The position numbers and the translations under genes were made by a program. The notes under the pieces were generated by a model. It was not told the origin of the DNA and did not search any database. It saw only the letters and a list, made by a program, of their open reading frames with translations. A stretch of 64,000 nucleotides of DNA from the human T2T-CHM13v2.0 reference genome, Homo sapiens: the NCBI RefSeq assembly GCF_009914755.1, contig NC_060928.1; one strand, given 5' to 3'. Shown here piece after piece: positions 1-12,739 of this stretch (position 1 is the first letter of the stretch; every line of letters begins with the position of its first letter).

Positions 1-220
1 TATGTGTGTCTTTGCACATGAGATGGGTCTCCTGAATACAGCACACCAATGGGGCTTGACTCTTTATCCAATTTGTCAGTCTGTGTCTTTTAATTGGGGT
101 GTTTAGCCCATGTACATTTAAGGTTAATATTGTTATGTGTGAATTTGATTCTGTCATTATGATGTTTTCTGGTTATTTTGCTTTTTAGTTGATGCAGTTT
201 CTTCATAGTTTCAATGGTCT

Positions 221-1246
221 TTATAATTTGGTATGTTTTTGCAGTGGCTGGTACCGGTTGTTCCTTTCCATATTTAGTGCTTTCCTCAGGAGCTCTTGCA
301 AGGCAGTCCTGGTGGTGACAAAATCTCTCAGCATCTTCTTGTCTGTGAAGGATTTTATTTCTCCTTCACTTATGAAGCTTAGTTTGGCTGGGTATGAAAT
401 TCTGGGTTGAAAATTCTGTTCTTTAAGAATGTTGAATATTGGCCCCCACTGTTTTCTGGCTTATAGGCTTTCTGTAGAGAGATCCACTGTTAATCTGATG
501 GGCTTCCCTTTGTGATTAACACAACCTTTCTCTCTGTCTGCCCTTAACATTTTCCTTTTATTTCTACCTCGGTGAATCTGACAATTATGTGTCTTGGGGT
601 TGCTCTTCTCAAGAGGTATCTTTGTGGTGTTCTCTGCATTTTCTGAATATGAATGCTGGCCTGTCTTGCTACATTGAGGAATTTCTCCTGGATAATATCC
701 TGAAGAGTGTTTTCCAACTTGGTTCCATTCACCCCATCATTTTCAGGTACACCAATAAAACATGGGTTTGGTCTTTTCACATAGTCCCATATTTCTTGGA
801 GGCTTTGTTCATTCCTTTTCTTTCATTTTTCTCTAATCTTGTCTTCACACTTTATTTCATTAAGTTTATCTTCAATCTTTGAAATCCTTTCTTCCCACTT
901 GATTGATTTGTCTATTGATACCTATGTATGCTTCATGAGGTTCTCATGCTGTGTTTATCAGCTCCATCAGATCATTTATATTCTTCTCTAAACTGTTTAA
1001 TCTAGTTAGCAACTCCTCTAACCTTTTTTCAAGGTTCTTAGCTTCCTTGCTTTGGGTTAGAACATGCTCCTTTAGCTTGGAGGAGTTTGTTATTACCCAC
1101 CTTCTGAAGTCTACTTCTGTCAATTCGTCAAACTCATTCTCCATCCAGTTTTGTTCCCTTGCTGGTGAGGAGTTGTGATCCTTTGGAGGAGAAGAGGCAT
1201 TCTGATTTTTGGAATTTTCAGCCTTTTTGTGCTGGTTTTTCCTCAT
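221..1246 (-). pseudogene. Disrupted L1 ORF1p
   Basis: ATG at 1246, terminal TAA at 223-221. ORF-track fragments 944-1252 and 544-780 are ORF1p pieces broken by stops and frameshifts. Confidence 0.85.
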
Positions 1247-2562
1247 CTTCATGGATTTATCTACCTTTGGTCTTTCATGTTGGTGACCTTTGGATGGGGT
1301 TTCTGTGTGGACATCTTTTTTGTTGACATTGATGCTATTCCTTTCTGTTTCTTAGTTTTCCTTTTGACAGTCAGGCCCCTCTGCTGCAGGTCTGCTGGAG
1401 TCTGCTGGAATTTGCTCCAGACCCTGTTTGCCTGGGTATCACCAGTGGAGGCTGCAGAACAGCAAAGATTGCTGCCTGTTCTTTCCTCTGGAAGCTTCAT
1501 CCCAGAGGGGCACCCACCAGATGGCAGCTGGACCTCTCCTGTATGACGTGTCTGTTGACCCCTGCTGGGAGCTGCCTCCCAGTCAGGAGGCACAGGGATC
1601 AGGGACCCACTTGAGGAGGCAGTCTGTCTATTAGCAGAGCTCAAGCGCTGTGCTGGGAGATCCACCGCTGTCTTCAGAACTGGCAGGCAGAAACGTTTAA
1701 GTCTACTGAAGCTGCGCCCATAGTCGCCCCTTCCCCCAGGTGCTCTGTCTCAGGGAGGTGGGAGTTTTATCTATAAGCCCCTGACTGGGGTTGCTGCCTT
1801 TCTTTCAGAGATGACCCACCCAGAGCGGAGGAGTCTAGAGATGCAGTCTGGATACACCAGCTTTGTGGCACTGTGGTGGGCTCTGCCCAGTTTGAACTTC
1901 TCAGTGGCTTTGTTTACATGGTGAGGGGAAAAATCCCTACTCAAGCTTCAGTAATGGTGGATGCCCCTCCCCCCACCAAGCTGGAGCTTCCCAGTTTGAC
2001 TTCAGACTGCTGTGCTGGCAGCGAGAATTTCAAGCCAGTGGATCTTAGCTTGCTGGGCCCCATGGAGGTGGGATCTGCTGAGCCAGACAACTTGGCTCCC
2101 TGGCTTCGGCCCCCTTTCCAGGGGAGTCAAATGTTCTGTCTCGCTGACATTCCAGTAGCCACTGTGGTATGAAAAAAACCTGAAGCTAGCTTGATGTCTG
2201 CCCAAATGGCTGCCCAGTTTTGTACTTGAAACCCAGGGCCCTGGTGGTGTAGACATCCAAGGGCATCTCCTGGTCTGCAGGTTGCAAAGACCATGAGAAA
2301 AGCACAATATCTGAGCTGGAATGCACTGTTACTCATGGCACAGTCCCTCAAGGCTTCCCTTGACTAGGGGAAGGAGTTCCCCAAGCCCTTGCACTTCCCA
2401 CATGAGGTGACGCCCATCCTGCTTCTGCTCACCCTCCATGGGCTGCACCCACTGTCTAACCAGTCCCAGTGAGATGAGCCGGGTACCTCAGTTGGAAATG
2501 CAGAAATCTCCTGCCTTCTGCATTAATCTCGCTGGCAGCTGCAGACTGGAGCTGTTCCTATT

Positions 2563-2572
2563 CGGCCATCTT
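2563..2572 (-). promoter_or_regulatory. YY1 site at the L1 5' end
   Basis: AAGATGGCCG on the minus strand, at the position of the established L1 promoter YY1 motif. Confidence 0.75.
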
Positions 2573-2584
2573 GCCAGCCAAAAT

Positions 2585-2680
2585 TGATTTTGGACTTCTG
2601 GCCTCCATAATTCCAAGAGAATAAATTTCACTTGTATTAAGCCACCCAGTTTGTTACAGCAGCTATAGAAAACTAACACA
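2585..2680 (+). mobile_element. MLT1 (ERVL-MaLR) LTR 3' end, truncated by the L1
   Basis: GACTTCTGGCCTCC...AATAAATTTC...TAAGCCACCCAGTTTG...AAACTAACACA matches the MLT1 U5 end. Confidence 0.75.
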
Positions 2681-3709
2681 GATGCCAACTGGTCTGCAGC
2701 TCAGCTATCATAACAATAACATAATGAACTTCACACCATAAGACTATCAACTCTTAACAACTCCCAACTTTATAAAAATTCTTTCATAAATTAAACAGCC
2801 AAAAATTATACATAATATGGGAAGTGTGGTTATATTTTAATATATCTGATATGGTGAAAAGCAAAGCCTCTAAAAATAAAAGATACTAGGAATATTAATG
2901 TCTTAACATGTTCGTGAGTCTGTGGGTCCTGAGATGCTCTCTAATTACTTGGAAACACTCCCAGTTGGATTAATTAACTGCCAGCTTAAGTAATTGGGAG
3001 TAACAGCTATTTCATTGTTTAACCACAGATGCATTGCCCTCCCTCCCACATACCAGAATAAGGAGATTAAGCACATGGCCAGAGAAAAAATAAATGTACT
3101 TTTGATGAGAATAACTTTTTTTGGCCCAGCTTTACTATTAATTAGTATTTTCACAAGAACTCTGTCCAAGTTATGAAATGTATTTAGGTAATCCCAAGTA
3201 CAACAAGTAGACAGGTATAATGTCAAAATCTCATAAGTAGAATGTCAAAATCTCAGAATGTCAAAATCTCTTTGACATTACAGCTGGCTTGTGGCATGGA
3301 ACAATTTTTTCCATCTTATACTTTTCTGTGTATCTTGAATTTTTTAACAATAAGCAATAATCCCCTCTCAAATCAGAAAAAAATAGAAATAAAGAGGAAC
3401 ACCCTAAATTTACTTAGTTTCTATTTATGTTCGAACATGGAATCTTGGACCCCAGTTACTTTGCTTCAGTGCTTACTTGCCATCAAAGAAGCCTCCTTTG
3501 TATTGACTGAGCCCAAAACCTGTTCTAAGATTTGCCGGCCTGGTTCCTTAGACATACTGACTGCCCCCCCTTTACTCTGTCACTACAGCAGCAAAGAGCA
3601 CCATAGAGTATGGCTTATTAAGGTCTCTATCATGGTATAACTGAGCAAATCAGTGCTGACACACTTTCTAACACTTTCTAACAAAACATACCATTTAAAC
3701 AGCAACAAC

Positions 3710-3849
3710 TTTTTTTTTTTTTCTTGAGACAGAGTCTTGCTCTGTTACCATATTGGCTGGGGTGGTCTCGAACTCCTAACCTCAAGTGATCCACCTGCCT
3801 CGGCCTCACAACATGCTGGAATTACAGGCATGAGCCACCATGCCTGGCC
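3710..3849 (-). mobile_element. Internally deleted AluS (monomer length)
   Basis: The left arm up to GCCAATATGGT is joined directly to the right-arm end AACAGAGCAAGACTCTGTCTC plus A-tail; ACAGCAACA flanks both sides. Confidence 0.85.
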
Positions 3850-5020
3850 TACAGCAACATTGATGCTTGGTCTCCCTTAGACTTGTGAGATGGCCCAAGG
3901 AACCTTGTTTTAACTCAAGATTAATTCTACGTAACTATAAGTCTTTATTATTCTTATCAAGACCTTACATGTGGTCTTCTATTCAGGTAGAGACTAATCC
4001 ACAAGGTTGGCAAGTTACACACGGAGAGAGGTAATTTACCTTCCTAACCAGTTTCAGTTTCATAATCACAGCACCATTAGTTTCACCTCTGCATATAATT
4101 AAGCGAAGACTCACCCAGCTGTAGCCATGTAAGCTGATCATTCAAAATCCACATATTTAGCTTTCTGTCCTTTCTATTTCTTCTCTCTCATCTCCCTAGG
4201 TAGTTGTGAAACACAAACCCCCAAACATCTTCAAAGCTGTCACAGATCATTGCAGAAGCATAAAGTACTTTTAAAGCATTTCTGCCATGGAGATAGATTC
4301 CTATCATATCTTTCCTTTCAATTAAAGCCTGACTGGAATATGTTTAGCAGTGAACAATGAAGTCTGTTTATGAAAAGTTGTTACTAATTTGTGCAAGCAC
4401 ATTTCTATGGGTTTAAAGCAACTATGAATCACACAAATCCATGTGGGCAAGAAAAAAATTTTAATTTGAGTTTCCAGGTCATTTTTACTATGTGAGTTCT
4501 TTCTTTCCAAAACTAATTACTGAAGGAAGCAGGGCAGGGTGAGAAGAGAAACAGCCAAGCTAAGTAAAAAGAAAAAAGAAAAGACTAAGCATTTTTCTTG
4601 AGATCAGAGAAATCACAATCATGTAACAATGTTTTTTACCCTGCTAAGACAGAAACCAATTTCACTGACTTGAGACACACTCCAGAAGAGAACTGGGTTT
4701 CTCAGTGAACCATGAACTGCCTCTGACCCTCAGTTCCCATCATTGGAAATCAGAGCCGTGGGCCAGTTGGGCAGTTTCCATGCTGTACTCAGTGGCATTT
4801 GGAGGGTTCTGAGCATGTGCTTAGGGGCAGCCCAAGTTCCACACCCTTCAGCTTTTATCTGTTATGTACATTAACTCACATAAGATTTTTGTTTTAGAAA
4901 GAAATAAGATGTGGATTTTTGTTGGTTTGTATAAGACAAATTGAAAAATAAGACTGGTTAATAGTAACTATAAGAAAAAAAAATCTTTACATTTTATGGT
5001 GCCTGGTCCCATAAATTATT

Positions 5021-5817
5021 ACTATTTTTTATTATTATTATACTTTAAGTTTTAGGGTACATGTGCACAACGTACAGGTTTGTTATCTATGTATACATGT
5101 GCCATGTTGGTGTGCTGCACCCATCAACTCGTCATTTAGCATTAGGTATATCTCCCAGTGTTATCCCTCCCCCCTCCCCCCACCCCACAAGAGTCCCCAG
5201 TGTGTGATATTCCCCTTCCTGTGTCCATGTGTTCTTATTGTTCAATTCCCACCTATGAGTGAGAACACGTGGTGTTTGGTTTTTTGTCCTTGTGATAGTT
5301 TGCTGAGAATGATGGTTTCCAGCTTCATCCATGTCCCTACAAAGGACATGAACTCATCATTTTTTATGGCTGCATAGTATTCCATGGTGTATATGTGCCA
5401 CATTTTCTTAATCCAGTCTATCATTGTTGGACATTTGGGTTGGTTCCAAGTCTTTGCTATTGTGAATAGTGCCACAATAAACATATATGTGCATGTGTCT
5501 TTATAGCAGCATGATTTACAATCCTTTGGGTATATACCCAGTAATGGGATGGCTGGGTCAAATGGTATTTCTAGTTCCAGATCCCTGAGGAATCGCCACA
5601 CTGACTTCCACAGTGGTTGAACTAGATTACAGTCCCACCAACAGTGTAAAAGTGTTCCTATTTCTCCACATCCTCTCCAGCACCTGTTGTTTCCTGACTT
5701 TTTAATGATTGCCATTCTAACTGGTGTGAGATGGTATCTCATTGTGGTTTTGATTTGCATTTCTCTGATGGCCAGTGATGATGAGCATTTTTTCATGTGT
5801 TTTTTGGCTGCATAAAT
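5021..5817 (-). mobile_element. 5'-truncated L1PA (L1PA3-like): ORF2 C-terminus, 3'UTR, A-rich tail
   Basis: ORF 5242-5796 is the L1 ORF2p C-terminus ([18 protein letters not shown]...GGN*). G-rich 3'UTR tract present. TSD CATAAATTATT at 5010-5020 and 5811-5821. Confidence 0.95.
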
Positions 5818-6509
5818 TATTTACATCAACAACCATTTCTCCTAGTCCTCATGTTACAGGAAAGACAGTATTATTTCGTTTTTACATATGAGATTGATGA
5901 CCCCAAATACATGCATTTTCTTCTCCTTCTCTTACGTCCAGTTAAGAATGTCATGCGTTATAGATAAGAATGGCAAATAATCCACCTCTATCACCAACAC
6001 CCTTATTTTCTCATATAGTTTCATTTTTTTTCTCATCTCTAAACTTCCACATATTTTGCTGCTTCTCTCTCTCAACAAACTTATATATTTCCCTAGGACT
6101 GGTCCAGAGAACCATTCTATAGAGAAACTGCCCTCAATTAGTATGGATCAGTGACCTAAAACAGATCCTGAATACACTGATTCTCCTATTTACTCAATAT
6201 TTTGGAATGAATATTCATTCATTCCAAAAAGATGTATGTAACTCCTCCAACATATCAGCTATCAGAATAGGTAAAGACCCATCCTCACGGGATTTCCAAT
6301 CTGCGCCCCTGCAGTACAATTCCAGTCTTTGTAACATCATGTCAATGATGCCTTAATGCTGACTTCCAAGGAAAAAAGGATCAATTCCAAAGTAATTCTC
6401 GAGACTTCCTCCAGTAAGCCCATTGATTTTCCTTGCAAAGAGCTGAAACTTTTGTGACACTTACAGAGCCACTAATTATGTGGTTTGGTTACCAAGCAGC
6501 ATTGCCATT

Positions 6510-6884
6510 TGTATTATCCATTTTCATGCCGCTGTTAAAAACAAACCCAAGACTGGGCAATTTACAAAGGGAAGAGGTTTAATGGAGAACTCACAGTTCC
6601 GCGTAGTTGGGGAAGCCTCACAATCATGGCAGAAGGCAAGGAGGAGCAAGTCACATCTTATGTAGATGGCATCAGCCAAAGAGAGAGCTTGTGCAGACAA
6701 ACTCCTGTTTTTAAAGCCATTAGATGTTGTGAGACTTATTAACTATCACGAGAAGAGCACAGGAAAGACCACTCCCTCCAACCCGTGATTCAGTTATCTC
6801 CCACCAGGCCCCTCCCACAACTCGTGGGAATTATGGGAGCTACAAGATGAGATTTGGGTGGGAACACAGAGCCAAAACATATCA
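6510..6884 (-). mobile_element. THE1 (THE1C-like) solo LTR
   Basis: TGTATT...CATATCA termini, typical THE1 body (GCCTCACAATCATGGCAGAAGGCAAGGAGGAGCAAGTCAC), 5-bp TSD CCATT/CCACT. Confidence 0.9.
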
Positions 6885-7384
6885 CCACTCAAAACACACT
6901 CCAACAGCAAAAAGGAATTTCAAAGTAATTATATTTCTCACATTATGGGAAACGGGTACCTAAGCCAGGAGAGTATTTCTTAGCACCACCTTTTTGTTCC
7001 TCCCACTTCTCTCACATCCTTTCTACTGTGCTTCTCTTACCCAGTCTCCCTGGAAAACCCCTTGATTGCCTCTAGCCAACCCCTTCCTTTTTCCCCTTGC
7101 TTCCATGTCCTCCAGATCCTTCATCACAAAAGTCCAAACTGCCAGCTTCAGCAAGAAAGGAACATCCCTGGATTGCAGGAGAAGGAAAAAAGTTGAAGAT
7201 GCCAAGCCAAGCCAGAGGGAAGGAAAGGCGAGATACTCCGTGATTTAATCATGTTACAGCCTCACAAAGATGCAAAAGATTCCTGTTTACTTGCCGTAGT
7301 ATGACTCATTCTGGAAAGAGGAGTTTCAATCAGTTGGTTTTACATTTTCTTCTTCTGTGATATGTGTGTGTCTGTATGTGTTTG

Positions 7385-7668
7385 TACAGATAGATATATA
7401 AAGGATCAGATTTATATATAAAATTATATATCCTTGATATGTAAGTATATATTATATATTTATATTTATTATAGATTTATATTTATTAGATATATATGCA
7501 TATAATTTACTTATATATTTTTTATAAATATAAATATTTTATATTTTTATAATATGTAAATACATATGTATCTTTTATAAATGTTTGCTCTGAAGTTCTA
7601 CTTAAAGATCCCTCCTTACACACACACACACACACACATATGCATATGCACATACATGCATACACACA
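7385..7668. repeat. (TA)-rich low-complexity tract followed by (CA)n
   Basis: Degenerate TA repeats at about 7385-7580; (CA)n at 7619-7638. Confidence 0.85.
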
Positions 7669-8179
7669 GCTCTCTGATACATGGCCATGATGTGAGATAA
7701 CATCTCTTTTACAGCTTAAAGGTACTGGCCAGCTTTGCTATCCTGAGCACTTCATTTATGAAATGGCCTTCACTAGATCATAAAACAACAGAAATTTGAA
7801 TGGCCTGAAACTCTTCTCCAGTTCTAACAAGTATTCTGAAAGCCAAGACAAAGTTCTAGAATGGAAAGAAAACCATAACAAAATAAATTAGTTCACAATT
7901 TTTGTGACATTTGTTAGCAACAGCCTGGAAGTGACCAAAAATCATACTCATGACACCTTTAAATATGGTAGGATTATTAATTATATTGAAATCAGTCCCC
8001 TCAACTTAGATATGAGAAAACTGAGAACAGTTTCCTTATCTGTCCCTGGATGCATAAAAACTTCTGCCTAGGTTCCCAGGAGACTTACTTTATCTTCAAA
8101 CAGCAAAATTTGAGATCACATGTGATTTTTTATTTTCAGATCATGAATAAAACAAATGGAAAGAGAAAGAAAAGAAAAA

Positions 8180-9040
8180 ACAAGAGAGAGAATGTGTCAA
8201 GTTAAAATGTCAAAGGGACACAGATATCAACTGAAAGAACTCTTACTGGCCATAGCTGCATAATTTGGCAAAATGAATAAATTATTATTTATAACCCAAA
8301 GTATAAAGTAAATATTCACGATCCACACTGATATAAATAAATTATTAAATAAATAGAGGAAAGTAGACAAATATTCCATTGAGAATAACTTCAAATAATT
8401 TATGTAGCTACTTCACCCTCAAGAAGGTGGAGCATAGTTCCCCACCCCTTATGTGTGGGATACACACAGTAACTTTCTTCCAAAAATAGGAAAAAGATGA
8501 AAATAAGAATAACTTTACCATAGAGGAATCTGACAAATATTACCACAGGCAGATGATCAGGGTTATCATCAATAATGACAACTTAGGTTGGTAACCTTGA
8601 TATGAAATGGCTCTTTACCTCTATAGGTCTCCCCAGTAACCTGTGATCTCAATCCAATCATGACAAAAACATCAGACCTATACCGATGGAGGGTCACTCT
8701 ACAAAATACCCTACCTCTACTCCTCAAAACTTCTCAGGTCATCAAAAACAAAAAACCAAGAGGAGTCTAAGGAGACATGAGGACAAAATGCAATGTCACT
8801 CTGATTAGGAACCTAGAACAGATAAAGAACACTAATGAAACATTAAGGAAATCTGTGTAAAGCATGGACTTTAGATGATATACCATATCAATATTGGTTT
8901 TTCAGTTATAACAATTTGAACCATACTAACATAAGAAAATAACAGGAGAAGCTAGGTGTGAGGATATATGAGAATTCTCTACACAGTTTTCACAGTTTTT
9001 CTGTAAATCTGAAACTGTTCTGAAAGTAAAGTTTATTCTA
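8180..9040 (+). mobile_element. Ancient L1M (L1MD/L1MC-like) 3' end
   Basis: GGAGACATGAGGACAAAATGCAATG...TTCTGTAAATCTGAAACTGTTCTGAAAGTAAAGTTTATT is typical of an L1MC/MD 3'UTR. Confidence 0.7.
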
Positions 9041-9925
9041 AAAAGTGATTTAAATGATTCAGACTCTAAATGCAAAAAAATTAAGAATAATTATTTTTTG
9101 CCTATGTCTTTTAAGCACTTTACATAGCAAAAATGTAAGAAATCTGTATTAGAGGGAACAAAAGAAAGTTTATGAATAGCTGTAATGCTATTTCAACTTG
9201 CAAAACAAGCAGATAAAAGTCTTTGCTTTGTTTTAGACATTATATTGTAATTGTGTTTAAAATTAGCAAGATGTAACATTTATTCTCTGACATGTATCTT
9301 CCGAAGAGTCACAGTGGTTGAGAGTCAATTAAGACATAATCCATGTGAAATTTTTATTAGACCAAATTTACTGTGAAATTACTACCAACATATACTTCGG
9401 TCTATTTTCTTGAGTTATTTCCTAGTTATTCAGCCTTTTAGTTAGAGCTTCAGATTATAACAAATGCCTTGGAAAGCAATTTTTAAAGTTATAATTACAA
9501 TACCCTAGTAGAATCACATATTGTTTCTCTTTGCCCAGATATAGCACCCAGTAAAATGTTTGATGAATGAATAAAATTTCTTTCTATTGTTTCATTTAGT
9601 ACACTTTCTGTCTCTAGACTATCTCATGGATGTGATTATAAATTGGTTTGGTGCCTCAGCTTTCTTCCAAATGGATTATCTCACAACACAATCCTAACTG
9701 GAAGGCCTTGATTAACAGCTGATGCAAATCTCTGTACCTTCTGGACTTGTGTAGCTGTTTGTGTGTTAGTTAAATTTATAAACTGGAGGGGGAAAAAAGC
9801 TGCTATAGCACATAGATCTCTTTGCACTATCTTAACAGATGTTATTCCATTAATGCTATTTTATTGGAAGATAGAAATGGAACTCCTTAGTCTCTCATCT
9901 TCTGTATATCTGTGCAAATCCAACC

Positions 9926-12110
9926 AATATCAGTTAGCTTTTGCTGCATAACAAAGCACCTCAAAATTTAGTGATTTAAAACAACACCATTGTATTTAGC
10001 TCATGTTCCTCTGAGTTGTCAGACTGATGGGACTTTCTTCACATTAGATCTCGTCTTACAGGAAGCCAGTTCATTCTTTTCAAATGGAGCAGTCCCAGAA
10101 TAAGAAAGAGTGACTCCAATGCACAAGAACTTTTCAAACCTCTGCCTGTATCATGTTTTCCAGTGTGCCACTGGCCAAAGCGAGTCACGTAGATAAATCC
10201 ACAACTTAAGGGGTTGAGAAGTAATTCTACCTCTTAATGAGAGAAACTGCTAAATATTGTGTCTATTTTGTCTTAATTTACCACAGTCCACTCTCTGGTT
10301 TAAATTATTTAAATTATTCACAATGCAAAATACACTGAGCATCTACGACTGCCTCAAAATCTGATCCAACATGACAGCAGTCTCAAGAGCTAATATCTTG
10401 CAATTTGTATCTTCTTCAAATGTGGATGAGGGTCCTCACGTGTCACATGTTGACACTTCCTTTTGACCCAGAGACCTCTCAAACTTAAGAAGAGATATCT
10501 GCTCTTTACATTCCTAACATGCAATGCTGAAGTAGGGACAAAATAATCATCACAGAGATTCTCATTTGAAAAGAAAAGAAATGACAGACATACAGTAGTT
10601 GCTGTTTTGTAGTAGTAATTCTGAAGTCCAACTGGATATTTACTGTCAGATTTTCCACATAGAATCACAAGGAATGATCCCTGGTTAGAATGCAATTCTG
10701 CTCCCAGGGAGTGGTTTCCTCCCCCAATGTCCTTTCTTTCTTGGTTCCACTCCCTACACTCTTGTTTTCACCATCTGAGATGTCCTTCATTTTCCATAAG
10801 AAATGACACATGTCTGAAACTGAGAAGTGTTCTCAGATTGCTTCTTTTCTACTTGTAAAAATTTGGGAACCCAGCAAAAATTTGTTTGAATCATTCCTGT
10901 CCATTTTTGTCCAAATTTACAGTGCTTTTGCCCTGCGATTCTCTTTAAAAACATTGGGAGATTGTGATGATTCTAAGTTGAGTCCACTTCATGACTCTCC
11001 ACAATTCTTTTTTGACATACCTGTCTCTATTTAGGGTGCGCCTGGCTGCTGTGACAGAATGCCTATAAGAGTCTTAGAAACTCTTTTATCTAACTGAAAG
11101 ATATGTGACAGAATGTGACAGAATGCCTATAAGAGTCTTAGAAACTCTTTTATCTAACTGAAAGGTCTACTATACACTAAATTTAAACACATTTCAACAA
11201 ATCTTAACAAATTTCTAGAAGTCTTAATAAAGGATTGTATAACTGAACTTTGTATTTTGCATTAATTATTTATTTCATTTTGAGGATCTTATACTAGTTG
11301 CAGAAACTAGAGATGAGAGAATTTTATTTTCCAATCCAGAAAATTCTAAGACTCCTGTATTTCCTCTAAATTCTATCTAAAACTGAACAGTTATTTCTTT
11401 ACCTTTTATCTTTCTTGAAATAACTTATCATACTCATCTAGAAGAAGCTAATTGACACTTTCAACACTCTGCTTGGAAGTTTTCCTCTCCACATCCACAA
11501 GTTAGTTAAGTACATTCTATCTTGCAAGTTATTATGGTAACAGTTTTGCCAATAGTTTTGCTGCCACATCATACTGGTGTCCATTTTGTTTTAACCTGCT
11601 GTAGCAGTTTCAGGTCACCACTTACATTTTTTCATTTTGACATTTTACCAGCAGTTTCTAACAGTTTCCTTTCTAATTTGTTAACCTTTACCAGCTACCT
11701 AATCCTTAAATCAATGTCATATGTTTTAGGTTTTGTTATGGAAGCATCCCACTGTACAACATCTCATGTCAATTAGTTATTGCTGTATAACAAACCATCC
11801 CAAAACATAATGACATGCAACAACAACCATTTCATTTAGCTCACAATTCTCAAAGTGGTTTGGATGGCTCAGGTCATGTTCCAAATTATTCTTCACCCTC
11901 AGTTAACTAGCCCAGGTGTCTTTGTAAGGTATGGTCTCAGGGGTCCCAGCAACAAGAGGTATCAAGTCCCAGTGTGCAAGCACTGCTCAAGTCCCATTGG
12001 CCAAAGCAAACACATAGCTAAGCTCAGATTTAAGAGGTGGAAAAATTGACTCCGTCTCTTGATGGAAGGAACTGCAAAAGATTGTGGCCATTTAATTTCA
12101 ATCTACCACG
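9926..12110 (-). mobile_element. Two-LTR MLT1 (J/K-like) MaLR provirus with internal region
   Basis: Homologous LTRs at about 9926-10285 and 11767-12110 (both with TTGCTG(C/T)ATAACAAA...TTTAGCTCA and TGGCCAAAGC...TACCAC) flank ~1.5 kb of MLT-int-like sequence. Confidence 0.7.
11050..11164 (+). repeat. Perfect 51-bp direct duplication with a 13-bp filler
   Basis: 11050-11100 is identical to 11114-11164; the filler is ATA plus TGTGACAGAA. Confidence 0.95.
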
Positions 12111-12739
12111 CAGTCCATCATTCAAAATAGCTCGCATGTCACACCCTCTAATAATTGTTTACTGAGTGCTTTCTCTCTCCCTGTCAGTCTCTCTCTGTCT
12201 CCCCCGCAACCCCCTCTTTTCCCCAGATTTAGTACAAAGAGACCTGGGTCATGGGTCTGGCTCTACCATCAAATTGTAACCTTGAATAAATCATTGCATT
12301 TTTCGGAGGCTTAATTTCCTCATCTACAAAATGATCTTTGATTCAATGAGAACAAAAACATTATCTACCTCTGAAAGATATGATTTTACCTAAGCTAGCA
12401 GCGGTAAAAATGTGGTTTGAAATAGGAGGAAAACATTCAGCTACTCTCAAGTCTAAGCAGGAAGGACAGTACCCTTGTTGTTCCTGCCAACACAGTTTTA
12501 AATTAAGTCTGGGTTTTGGATTTTTTTTCCACTTAAAATGATGGGTCACTTATCTTCATCTTCCTAAAAATCAAACCCTTTTTCATAGTAGAGTCTTGAC
12601 TTTCCCTTGAGTTCATCTCATTTCCATTTTTATTCTCAAGACTCCTATCACTATTCTTTACAGAAATACAGCATGGAAATCCTTTTGTCCAGTTTACGTT
12701 CTAATGTTTATCAGCATCAATCTAAGAAAGTTTAAAGTG

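Larger units (their letters stand above)
1..2579 (-). mobile_element. LINE-1 (L1PA7/L1PA8-like), intact 5' end: 5'UTR, ORF1 and start of ORF2; continues off the left edge
   Basis: The minus strand starts GGCTGGCAAGATGGCCGAATAGGAACAGCTCC (L1PA 5' end), followed by a ~1.33 kb 5'UTR. ORF1 begins MRKNQHKKAENSKNQNASSPPKDHNSSP. ORF2 begins at 157 with MTESNSHITILTLNVHGLN (endonuclease N-terminus). Confidence 0.95.

Noticed and set aside
5242-5796. 184-aa ORF, the longest in the track
   Set aside because: It is the C-terminus of L1 ORF2p in a 5'-truncated, promoterless L1, not a host gene.
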